A DNA stretch of 44,111 bases from a virus: IMG/VR virus record IMGVR_UViG_3300045988_019654, positions 1-44,111 of that record. One strand, written 5' to 3'. The notes below the pieces were generated by a model. The model saw only the letters and a program-made list of their open reading frames with translations. It ran no database searches and was not told where the DNA came from. Of this stretch, positions 8,230 to 15,930 are shown in pieces. The position numbers and the translations under genes are program-made. Position 1 is the first letter of the stretch; every line of letters starts with the position of its first letter.

Positions 8230-8652
8230 ATGGCAGAATTTACAAATGTAGCTGCTCAGACTGTAGCAGCAAATGGAAACGTAGTATTTTCAAACACAGC
8301 AGTTAAAGGTTCTAACTGCATTCAACACAGGGAGGGAAGTGGAATCATTACGCTGAGAGGACTTACTAACCAGTGCAAGGCTAGATTTTTCGTGGACTTC
8401 TCTGGTAATATTGCAATTCCAACAGGTGGTACTGTCGAGGCTATCTCTCTGGCTATTGCAATATCTGGTGAGCCGGTTCTTTCTTCTCAGATGATTTCCA
8501 CACCGGCAGCAGTAGACCAGTACAACAATGTGTCCTCTGGAATCTATATTGATGTACCTCGCGGATGTTGCGTTAATATCGCAGTAGAGAATACAAGCGA
8601 TCAGGCTGTTTCTGTTGCGAACGCAAACATTGTTGTGACCAGAGAAGCATAG
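8230..8652 (+). CDS. 140-aa beta-rich protein with a TNF/C1q-like (BclA C-terminal domain-like) sequence pattern
   Basis: RBS GAAAGGAG. The alternating beta-strand pattern ends in NANIVVTREA, as in C1q/TNF jelly-roll exosporium and fibre tips. The fold assignment is by eye. Confidence 0.55.
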   Translation: MAEFTNVAAQTVAANGNVVFSNTAVKGSNCIQHREGSGIITLRGLTNQCKARFFVDFSGNIAIPTGGTVEAISLAIAISGEPVLSSQMISTPAAVDQYNNVSSGIYIDVPRGCCVNIAVENTSDQAVSVANANIVVTREA

Positions 8653-8663
8653 GAGGTGTGATT

Positions 8664-9218
8664 ATGAGAGACATTAAAGACTTATGCGCAAGAATCGAAG
8701 ACGAGCTTTCCAAGATCGCTGACAATGGACTGACCACTGGAAATCTGGAAATGACATACAAGCTGATTGATATGTACAAAGATATAAAGAACACGCAGTA
8801 CTGGGATAAGAAAGCGGAGTATTACAACGCTGTCCTTGATGAGATGCGCGGCGGATACAATGACGATTACAGCGAACGTGGAAGAAAGCGCGATAGCATG
8901 GGGAGATACAGCTCAAATGATGGCAGAATGATGCCAGATTACGACAGGGGCAGTTCTTATGCCAGACGCGGTGAACATTATGTCAGAGGGCATTACAGTC
9001 GTTCTGACGGACGGGATGCTTATGACGACTATATGACACAGAAACAGAGTTATCGTTCCGGCAAGTCTGAGGACTGCAAGAGAAAGATGCTTGCCGCTCT
9101 GGAGGAACATCTGGACGAACTCACAACAGAAATGAGCGATATGTCCAAGGATGCAGAGTGCCGAGAGGAACGTGATCTTGTCAAGAGATACGTAGAAAAA
9201 CTCCGGGATATGCTCTGA
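8664..9218 (+). CDS. 185-aa protein with helical ends and an R/S/Y/D/G-rich disordered centre
   Basis: RBS AGGAGGTG sits 5 nt before the ATG at 8664. The central low-complexity tract reads SERGRKRDSMGRYSSNDGRMMPDYDRGSSYARRGEHYVRGHYSRSDGRD. Confidence 0.6.
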   Translation: MRDIKDLCARIEDELSKIADNGLTTGNLEMTYKLIDMYKDIKNTQYWDKKAEYYNAVLDEMRGGYNDDYSERGRKRDSMGRYSSNDGRMMPDYDRGSSYARRGEHYVRGHYSRSDGRDAYDDYMTQKQSYRSGKSEDCKRKMLAALEEHLDELTTEMSDMSKDAECREERDLVKRYVEKLRDML

Positions 9219-9256
9219 AAACGCAAAAAGTGGTAGAGAGGTAGTTAAAATAAATC

Positions 9257-9265
9257 TGTTATAAT
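9257..9265 (+). promoter_or_regulatory. Extended -10 promoter element (TGtTATAAT) at the start of the non-coding island
   Basis: TG-T-TATAAT read directly at 9257..9265. There is no good -35 element. Confidence 0.35.
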
Positions 9266-9338
9266 GTAATTGTGCAGCAGGAAGCACAACGGTTGTCTTA
9301 ACATTTTCGTTTTATCCTCCTTTCTTAAAGTAGCTGGT

Positions 9339-9389
9339 ACACACGCTTTAGTGGAAAGTTTTAAACAGGTTCGAATCCTGTCGTGTGTA
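9339..9389 (+). ncRNA. tRNA-like mini-element A (acceptor stem, D-like hairpin and T arm, no anticodon arm)
   Basis: ACACACG (9339..9345) pairs perfectly with CGTGTGT (9382..9388). The T arm is canonical, ACAGG-TTCGAAT-CCTGT (9365..9381). There is a hairpin CTTT-AGTGG-AAAG. Only 6 nt occupy the place where an anticodon arm belongs, giving 51 nt in total. Confidence 0.45.
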
Positions 9390-9538
9390 TTTGCCGTCTG
9401 GCACGCAAGATGGCACACCTCCTTGATTAAGGTTTTTGTTATTCATACTTTTCTTTAAAAAAAAGAAATAAATATCCGAAACAACTCGTGGCAGGCATGA
9501 CACGTTAAACACCTTGCTAACCCGGGAATCCGGGTTAA

Positions 9539-9612
9539 GGGAATGTAGCTCAGGCGGAAGAGCGGAGAGTGTATAGCTCTTGACGTCGCAGGTTCGAATC
9601 CTGCCTTTCCGA
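9539..9612 (+). tRNA. tRNA-like element B: 74-nt cloverleaf with UAU at positions 34-36 but non-canonical features (possible pseudo-tRNA or mimic)
   Basis: TA-GCTC-AGGCGGAA-GAGC D arm; stem GAGAG/CTCTT with loop TGTATAG; T arm GCAGG-TTCGAAT-CCTGC. The acceptor GGGAATG/CTTTCCG has only 5 of 7 pairs. Position 33 is G where U is invariant. The variable loop is 6 nt and no CCA is encoded. Confidence 0.45.
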
Positions 9613-9689
9613 TTACCCCGCCCGTGGTCCATCGGGCTTAATCCATTTACCTGCGGCGGCAGGTCAATAAACACGACCAGGAGGATGTT

Positions 9690-10322
9690 ATGCAGAAACT
9701 TATTGACACTTTAAAATCATTTGGAATTGAAATCCCGGAGGATAAACAGGCAGATGTAAAGAAAGCACTTTCTGAGAATTACAAGAACGCAAAGGAAGTA
9801 GCGAAAACTCTGTCAAAAGTTGAGGGAGAACGTGATAACTGGAAAGAACGTGCTGAGACAGCAGAAGAAACCTTAAAAGGTTTTGACGGTATCGACCCGG
9901 CAAATATTAAAAGCGAGTTAGAGACTTGGAAACAGAAAGCAGCAGATGCAGAGAAAGAATTCAATGCAAAAATCTACGACCGTGATTTCTCAGATGCTCT
10001 GAAAGCGGCACTCGATGATGTTAAGTTTTCTAGTGAAGCGGCAAAGAAGTCTGTTATGGCGGACATTAAAGAAGCAGGATTGAAGCTGAAAGACGGTAAA
10101 ATTCTCGGACTGAACGACCTGATTCAGCAGATGAAGCAGTCTGACGCATCCGCTTTTGTGGATGAATCTCAGCAGCAGGCTCAGCAGAATCAGGCAAGAT
10201 TTACCACTCATGTTGGACAGCAGCAGACGCCGGGAAGTATGACCAAAAAAGATATTGAAGCAATCAAAGACCCGTCCGAGAGACAGGCTGCAATTGCTCA
10301 GAATATCCAGTTGTTCCAGTGA
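9690..10322 (+). CDS. Scaffolding protein (Phage_GP20-like)
   Basis: RBS AGGAGGA. A 210-aa acidic, helical, coiled-coil protein lying directly upstream of the major capsid gene. Confidence 0.75.
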   Translation: MQKLIDTLKSFGIEIPEDKQADVKKALSENYKNAKEVAKTLSKVEGERDNWKERAETAEETLKGFDGIDPANIKSELETWKQKAADAEKEFNAKIYDRDFSDALKAALDDVKFSSEAAKKSVMADIKEAGLKLKDGKILGLNDLIQQMKQSDASAFVDESQQQAQQNQARFTTHVGQQQTPGSMTKKDIEAIKDPSERQAAIAQNIQLFQ

Positions 10323-10400
10323 TTTTTTACACCGACTATACGCCAGAGTATAGCCGCTAACCCAATACCTTAACAATTATGGGTAGAAAGGATTTTTTAT

Positions 10401-11570
10401 ATGGCAGCAAAAGCTAATCTTATTATGACTAATGATATTCAGGTAACGGCACGTGAGATTGACTTCGTAACCAGATTTGAAAGAAACTGGCAGCACTTAC
10501 GTGATATTCTGGGTATCATGAGACCTATCAAAAAACAGCCGGGTGCTGTACTCAAGTCCAAATACGCAGAGGGTACTTTACAGAGTGGAAAAGTAGCAGA
10601 GGGTGAGGAAATCCCTTACAGCAAATTCGTTGTAAAAGAAAAGACCTATGCGGAAATGACTATTGAGAAGTACGCAAAGGCTGTATCTATCGAAGCAATC
10701 AAGGATCACGGTTATGAGAACGCTGTTCAGATGACTGACGATGAATTCCTTTTCCAGCTTCAGACTGATGTTACCGACAGATTTTACGACTATCTGAAAA
10801 CTGGTACACTTACTTCCACAGAAACTACATTCCAGATGGCTCTGGCAATGGCTAAAGGCCGTGTAGAAAACAAATTCAAGCAAATGCACAGAAATGTGAC
10901 TGGCGTTGTTGGATTTGTGAATATTCTTGACGTATATGAATACCTCGGAGCAGCTGAGATCACTATTCAGAACCAGTTCGGATTCCAGTACATGAAGGAC
11001 TTTATGGGATTCAATACAATCTTCTTGCTGTCCGACAGCGAGATTCCGAGAGGACAGGTTATCGCAACTCCTGTTGAGAACATCGTCCTGTACTATGTAG
11101 ATCCGAACGAATCTGACTTCGCAAGAGCAGGACTTGTATACACCGTATCTGGCGAGACAAACCTGATCGGATTCCATACGCAGGGCAACTACCACACCGC
11201 AGTGTCCGAAGCGTTCGCAGTTATGGGGCTTACTCTTTTTGCGGAGTACATTGACGCAATCGCAGTAATCACCATTGATGAGACACCAACCCTTGGCACT
11301 CTGACAGTAAATTCCGTGGCTGGAACAGCAAGCGGTGATACAAAAATCACTGTAAATCCAGCTAAAGAAAATGCCAACAACGTATATAAATACAAAGTTG
11401 CAGCAGGTGCAGTAACTGTTGGATATGGACAGAACCTCAGAAACTGGACTACATGGGACGGAAAAGCTGACATTAAGGCAGCAACCGGACAGAAGATCAC
11501 AGTGGTTGAGTGTGATGGAACATACAAGGCACTGAATTCCGGAAGCGCAAGCGTAACAGCGAAATCATAA
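10401..11570 (+). CDS. Major capsid protein with a C-terminal Ig-like extension
   Basis: 389 aa, positioned after the scaffold gene. The last ~95 aa (TLGTLTVNSVAGTASGDTKITV...ITVVECDG) look like a bacterial Ig-like domain. Confidence 0.8.
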   Translation: MAAKANLIMTNDIQVTAREIDFVTRFERNWQHLRDILGIMRPIKKQPGAVLKSKYAEGTLQSGKVAEGEEIPYSKFVVKEKTYAEMTIEKYAKAVSIEAIKDHGYENAVQMTDDEFLFQLQTDVTDRFYDYLKTGTLTSTETTFQMALAMAKGRVENKFKQMHRNVTGVVGFVNILDVYEYLGAAEITIQNQFGFQYMKDFMGFNTIFLLSDSEIPRGQVIATPVENIVLYYVDPNESDFARAGLVYTVSGETNLIGFHTQGNYHTAVSEAFAVMGLTLFAEYIDAIAVITIDETPTLGTLTVNSVAGTASGDTKITVNPAKENANNVYKYKVAAGAVTVGYGQNLRNWTTWDGKADIKAATGQKITVVECDGTYKALNSGSASVTAKS

Positions 11571-11589
11571 ACGTAGGGGGGTGACTGAC

Positions 11590-12231
11590 ATGGCTTATGC
11601 AGATTATGAATTTTATAAAACTTCATATTTTGGTTCAGTCGTGCCAGAAACCGACTTTCCACGAATGGCAGAAAGAGCCAGTGATTTTGTGGACATGATG
11701 ACGTTTGACAGGCTGGTGGATGGACTGCCGGAAAATGAACGTTCGAAGAAGCGCATCAAAAAGGCGGTCTGTTCATTGATTGAATTAATGTATCAGCTGG
11801 AACTTGCCGAGAAAAATGCAACTTCTTACGCCACCATGAACGGCTCCTCTGTATCGACCAGACCCGGTGAATACGGTTTAGTAACAGATGGTGATGGAAA
11901 CATTCAGCTAGTAAGAGGAGCATCAGCAGAAAACAGCAAGGTAAATGCTCGACTTGTATCAGACGCAAGTGGCAATGTTCAGCTGATAAACAGCAAGGAA
12001 GATTCTGGTGATAAGAACACCGGAATCGTAACTTCTATAAGCTCTGGCAGTGAATCCATCTCTTACGCCACACCACAGCAGATTGGAGCGAGCGCAAAGG
12101 AATGGAGTGCGGTATATGCCACCGCCGGGGATGCGCAGAAAACGAACGACTTACTTCTTAAGACAGCGTTACCGCTTCTGATGGGAGTAAAGACAGATGA
12201 AGGGATACCGATTTTATATGCAGGATTTTAA
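11590..12231 (+). CDS. Head-tail connector / DNA-packaging adaptor with an extended C-terminus
   Basis: The N-terminus AYADYEFYKTSYFGSVVPETDFPRMAERASDFVD is typical of gp15/gp6-like adaptors. The C-terminal half carries the repeat DGDGNIQLV...DASGNVQLI. Confidence 0.6.
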   Translation: MAYADYEFYKTSYFGSVVPETDFPRMAERASDFVDMMTFDRLVDGLPENERSKKRIKKAVCSLIELMYQLELAEKNATSYATMNGSSVSTRPGEYGLVTDGDGNIQLVRGASAENSKVNARLVSDASGNVQLINSKEDSGDKNTGIVTSISSGSESISYATPQQIGASAKEWSAVYATAGDAQKTNDLLLKTALPLLMGVKTDEGIPILYAGF

Positions 12232-12571
12232 GGTTAATATTTTAGGCTCTGAATGGAGCGTGAAATTCGGGAACGAGAAAGAATATCCGAATCTGACAAA
12301 TGTAGATGGCTATACTGATTTATCAATACGGGAAATTGTGGTTGATGATATGGAGGCATCGCAGGGACAGATTGGAGCAAAAGCAGACCTTGAAAGCTAT
12401 CAGAAACAGGTTGTTAGGCACGAAATCATTCATGCATTTTTACTTGAATCTGGACTTGATTCCAATTCAAACAGTGCTGACAGTTGGGCTGTGAATGAAG
12501 AAATGGTTGACTGGTTTGCTATTCAGTCACCGAAGATTTTTAAAGTATTCAATGAACTTAAATTGATGTGA
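12218..12571 (+). CDS. Putative zinc metallopeptidase (HExxH)
   Basis: The ATG at 12218 overlaps the upstream gene. An HEIIH motif sits within VVRHEIIHAFLLESG. Confidence 0.5.
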   Translation: MQDFKVNILGSEWSVKFGNEKEYPNLTNVDGYTDLSIREIVVDDMEASQGQIGAKADLESYQKQVVRHEIIHAFLLESGLDSNSNSADSWAVNEEMVDWFAIQSPKIFKVFNELKLM

Positions 12572-12581
12572 GGTGATAATA

Positions 12582-12851
12582 ATGGATATTTCAACATTAG
12601 GCTCATGCATCGCAATCGTTATGATATGCTACATCGTAGGAATGGGCTGTAAAGCATCAAAAAGAATCTCTGATGAATGGATTCCAGTAATCATGGCGGT
12701 TATTGGTGGGATTCTTGGAGCTGTCGGGATGGGAGTTATCCCGGATTTCCCGGCAACGGACTATATAACAGCAGTTGCGGTCGGTATGTTTAACGGATTG
12801 TCAGCTACTGGTGTGAATCAGGTTATTAAGCAGACAGTGCAGAAAGAATAA
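12582..12851 (+). CDS. Putative holin (Hol44 / phiLC3-like, 2-3 TM segments)
   Basis: RBS GAGGTGA. The protein is 89 aa with hydrophobic segments LGSCIAIVMICYIVGMG, WIPVIMAVIGGILGAVGMGVI and ITAVAVGMFNGLSATG, plus a polar C-terminus. Confidence 0.5.
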   Translation: MDISTLGSCIAIVMICYIVGMGCKASKRISDEWIPVIMAVIGGILGAVGMGVIPDFPATDYITAVAVGMFNGLSATGVNQVIKQTVQKE

Positions 12852-12867
12852 TTAAGGAGAGGGTATC

Positions 12868-13329
12868 ATGTACGAAAAAACGGTGACGATTTTTGACTAT
12901 TACGAATCAGCCACGACAGGAGATGCGTACTGGTATCCTCATGTTTTATTCGGCGTTGACCTCATTACGGACAAGGGAGCAATCCTCAAAAAGTATGGAC
13001 CAGACGCAACTGACAACGCACAGTTACACGTTCGATACACTGTCCAGAACGGAGATGCAACCATCACTGACAAGGATGGTAAAATTCTTCCGTGGATTCC
13101 GCCTAAAGAGTGGAAACAGCAGATTAACAATGCTCTGGAAGATACTATCACATTTTCAGATGAATCGTTCTTCTGGGAGGGTGAGTGGACTGGTGGAACG
13201 GTAATTGACAGTGATTATCGGAGTGGATTCTATCAGTACATGAATGAGAACAAGGATAATGTGTTTAAGATTACCAGTGTAGGCGGTCCGTATACACTGA
13301 TTCCGCATTTTGAGATTCTGGGTAAGTAA
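12868..13329 (+). CDS. Head-tail joining protein (head closure candidate)
   Basis: RBS AAGGAGAGGG. The call rests on its position in the connector module. Confidence 0.45.
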   Translation: MYEKTVTIFDYYESATTGDAYWYPHVLFGVDLITDKGAILKKYGPDATDNAQLHVRYTVQNGDATITDKDGKILPWIPPKEWKQQINNALEDTITFSDESFFWEGEWTGGTVIDSDYRSGFYQYMNENKDNVFKITSVGGPYTLIPHFEILGK

Positions 13330-13330
13330 T

Positions 13331-13822
13331 ATGAGCAAAATTCATCATTTCAAAGGATTTTCCGTAGTTGACGGAGATATGAAAATCAAACTGAATATGG
13401 ACAGATTCTCCAGACAGTATCAAGAAGCTCAGTATCTCCTTGACGGAATGGTTATGGATAGTATGGTGCCGTTTATGCCGATGATTACAGGAGACTTCAT
13501 TAACCGAACAAGAGTTGAGAGTACATCCTTGCAAGGAACCGGGAAAGTATGTGCGGCGGCGGCCCCTTATGGGCGTTTCCTGTACGAAGGAAAAGGAATG
13601 GTTGACGAAGCAACTGGAAGTCCCTACGCAAGACGTGGAGCGAAGAAAGTCCTTGTCAGCCAGTTTTCTGGTCAGACAGCCGCAAAAGAGAATCTTGAAT
13701 ATACCAAGCAGGCTCACCCACAGGCACAGGCAAAGTGGTTTGATGCTGCTAAACGACAATACGGCAGTACATGGCTTCGCAAGGTAAAAGCACAGGCAGG
13801 AGGTGGCAGACATGGCGGATAA
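13331..13822 (+). CDS. Minor capsid / tail-completion family protein
   Basis: The ATG at 13331 comes right after the upstream stop codon. The call rests on its position in the connector module. Confidence 0.45.
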   Translation: MSKIHHFKGFSVVDGDMKIKLNMDRFSRQYQEAQYLLDGMVMDSMVPFMPMITGDFINRTRVESTSLQGTGKVCAAAAPYGRFLYEGKGMVDEATGSPYARRGAKKVLVSQFSGQTAAKENLEYTKQAHPQAQAKWFDAAKRQYGSTWLRKVKAQAGGGRHGG

Positions 13823-14312
13823 ACCTATCGGTAAAGACGCAACTGGATACGAGATTCTGACAGATGCCATGAAAGCACTTCTGAACCAGTATCCGGGGCT
13901 ATACGAAAATGAAACAATCAAGTTTGAAGAACTTGGCAAGGAATCAGGAATTGCATTTTCGGCAGACAACGGGGCGTTGGTCTATACAGAAAAAGAAGAT
14001 GTCTGTGGAACGATGCATCAGGTATGCCAGTACCCATTTTATGTGGTATACCGAACAGCATCCGACAAGGAGAGGCAGAAGCTATCTGTTCAGAAGTTCC
14101 TTGACAATCTCGGTAAATGGATATGCCGAGAACCAGTTATCATAAACGGCTCTGAGACACGCTTAAATGCGTTTCCCGAGCTTTCGCAGGGGCGAGTGAT
14201 AAAACGTATCACCCGTGATAACTCCTATGGTTTAGAGCCACAGGAAAGTGGCGTACAGGATTGGCTATTGCCATTATCGGTACGCTACGAAAACACTTAT
14301 GAAGTAATATAA
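13812..14312 (+). CDS. Head-tail joining / tail terminator candidate
   Basis: RBS GCAGGAGGTGG sits before the ATG at 13812. This is the last gene before the major tail protein. Confidence 0.45.
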   Translation: MADKPIGKDATGYEILTDAMKALLNQYPGLYENETIKFEELGKESGIAFSADNGALVYTEKEDVCGTMHQVCQYPFYVVYRTASDKERQKLSVQKFLDNLGKWICREPVIINGSETRLNAFPELSQGRVIKRITRDNSYGLEPQESGVQDWLLPLSVRYENTYEVI

Positions 14313-14393
14313 CAAGTAACAACCGGCTATCAATTAGAGAATAGTCGCTAACCTACACAGCCTTTAAAAATGATAGGCAGAAAGGACATTTCT

Positions 14394-14894
14394 ATGCCAG
14401 TAACAGGAAAAATTGATCGTAAATATATGGCTCATTACATTGATGCCGGTTCTCTTTGCGGAGGACTGACACCAAAATATGAGCGTCTTGGAAAAGATCT
14501 GGAAGAGTACAATGTAGAACTCAATCCAGATACTGAAACATCTAAAAACATTCTTGGAGAATCCACATTCAAACACAATGGCTATGAAGTTTCTTCTGAC
14601 GCTGATCCGTTCTATGCAGACACTACTTCTGACCTGTTCACAGCATTGCAGAAGATCGTAGACAACAGATACAAAGACGATAACCTCAAAACAAAAGCAG
14701 TTGAAGTTCATCTCTGGACAGAAGCCACAGCAGGCAAGTATGAAGCATATCAGCAGGATTGTTATGTTGTGCCGACCTCCTACGGCGGCGATACATCCGG
14801 CTATCAGATTCCGTTTACCGTTAACTATGTTGGCGAGCGTGTAAAAGGAAAATTTGATATCAGTTCCGGTACATTCACGGCTGACAGCGAATAA
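14394..14894 (+). CDS. Major tail protein
   Basis: 166 aa, directly upstream of the chaperone/Gp15/tape-measure block. ATG at 14394 follows AGAAAGGA. Confidence 0.65.
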   Translation: MPVTGKIDRKYMAHYIDAGSLCGGLTPKYERLGKDLEEYNVELNPDTETSKNILGESTFKHNGYEVSSDADPFYADTTSDLFTALQKIVDNRYKDDNLKTKAVEVHLWTEATAGKYEAYQQDCYVVPTSYGGDTSGYQIPFTVNYVGERVKGKFDISSGTFTADSE

Positions 14895-14920
14895 GCACAT
14901 ATACAAGGAGGACACCCTAA

Positions 14921-15346
14921 ATGGCAAAAATAATTAACACCAAAATTGATGATGGAATTTTCATTTTCACATTCACAAATAACGAAGATGAAGTTTTTTC
15001 TTCTTTCAAGCTGAACCCAACAGACATTAATGTGGCAGCACGTGCAGAAGAACTGACAGAGTACTTCGAACAGTTCGAAGATTCTATTCGGAAAGTCACT
15101 TCCGGAAAAGAAATAGCTGAACTCAATAAACAGATCGAGGACAAAATCAACTACCTGCTCGGATATGAAGCATCAAAAGACCTGTTCAAGGAGCCAATCA
15201 CGGCAACCACTGTATTCGGTAATGGTCAGGTATTTGCTTATATCGTTCTGGATAAAATCAGTGATGCAATAAAGCCGGAAATCGAAAAGAGAAAAAAGAA
15301 AATGCAGGCAGCAGTCAATAAGTATACGGAGAAGTATACAAAATGA
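14921..15346 (+). CDS. Tail assembly chaperone
   Basis: RBS AAGGAGGA. An acidic 141-aa protein lying between the major tail gene and the tape measure gene. Confidence 0.55.
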   Translation: MAKIINTKIDDGIFIFTFTNNEDEVFSSFKLNPTDINVAARAEELTEYFEQFEDSIRKVTSGKEIAELNKQIEDKINYLLGYEASKDLFKEPITATTVFGNGQVFAYIVLDKISDAIKPEIEKRKKKMQAAVNKYTEKYTK

Positions 15347-15915
15347 CCGCCTATGAGCTTCCCACCTCACTAAACATCAGTGGGGTGGATTTTTCTATCA
15401 GGACAGATTTTCGAGCAATCATTGATATTCTTATAGCTATGAACGACCCGGAACTGGACGAGCAGGCGAAAGCAGTTGTTATGTTGCAGATTCTGTTTGA
15501 GGACTGGCAGAGCATACCGCCTGAGTGTCTGGACGAAGCTTGTCAGAAAGCATCGGAGTTCATCGACTGTGGACAATCTAACGATAATCCGAACCACCCT
15601 AAACCCTGCTTGATGGACTGGGAGCAAGACGGAGACATGATCGTACCGGCTGTGAATAAAGTTGCCGGTAAAGAAATCAGAGCCGTACCGTACATGCACT
15701 GGTGGACATTTTTTGGATATTTCATGGAATCCGGTGAATGCCTGTTCAACACGGTTGTTGGAATCCGCAGTAAAAAAGCGAAGGGCGAAAAGCTCGATAA
15801 ATGGGAAAAGAAATTCTATCAGGAAAATAAGAGCATTATTGATATAAAAACACGTCTCAGCGACGAAGAGCAAGCTTATAAAGATAAGTTGAATGAGATG
15901 TTGAACCTCAAATAG
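15343..15915 (+). CDS. Gp15-family tail assembly protein
   Basis: ATGA overlap with the upstream gene. The N-terminus YELPTSLNISGVDFSIRTDFRAIIDILIAMNDPEL resembles the bacteriophage Gp15 family. Confidence 0.6.
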   Translation: MTAYELPTSLNISGVDFSIRTDFRAIIDILIAMNDPELDEQAKAVVMLQILFEDWQSIPPECLDEACQKASEFIDCGQSNDNPNHPKPCLMDWEQDGDMIVPAVNKVAGKEIRAVPYMHWWTFFGYFMESGECLFNTVVGIRSKKAKGEKLDKWEKKFYQENKSIIDIKTRLSDEEQAYKDKLNEMLNLK

Positions 15916-15930
15916 TTAGGAGGTGGACAC

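Noticed and set aside
9339-9612. The idea that the T-arm-containing segments are attP remnants of a host tRNA integration target.
   Set aside because: They lie 14 kb from the integrase. Each carries its own 5' acceptor-side strand and a D-type hairpin, not just a 3' tRNA fragment. The attP-like repeats lie next to int.
9348-9674. 108-aa minus-strand ORF spanning the non-coding island.
   Set aside because: It is composed of the reverse complement of T arms, acceptor stems and GC hairpins. It has no RBS, and the RNA structure explains the sequence.
13271-13969. 232-aa minus-strand ORF. Similar long antisense ORFs occur at 10578..11195, 11189..11662, 14364..14927, 15370..15873 and 17676..18065.
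   Set aside because: They lie fully antisense to well-supported, RBS-preceded structural genes. They are Ser/Cys/Leu-rich, as shadow ORFs typically are, and have no RBS or promoter context.
14921-15915. Search for the programmed -1 frameshift usual in siphovirus tail chaperone (G/GT) genes.
   Set aside because: The two ORFs are joined by a simple ATGA stop-start overlap, and the second is a Gp15-family protein with its own start codon. I saw no slippery heptamer at the junction.
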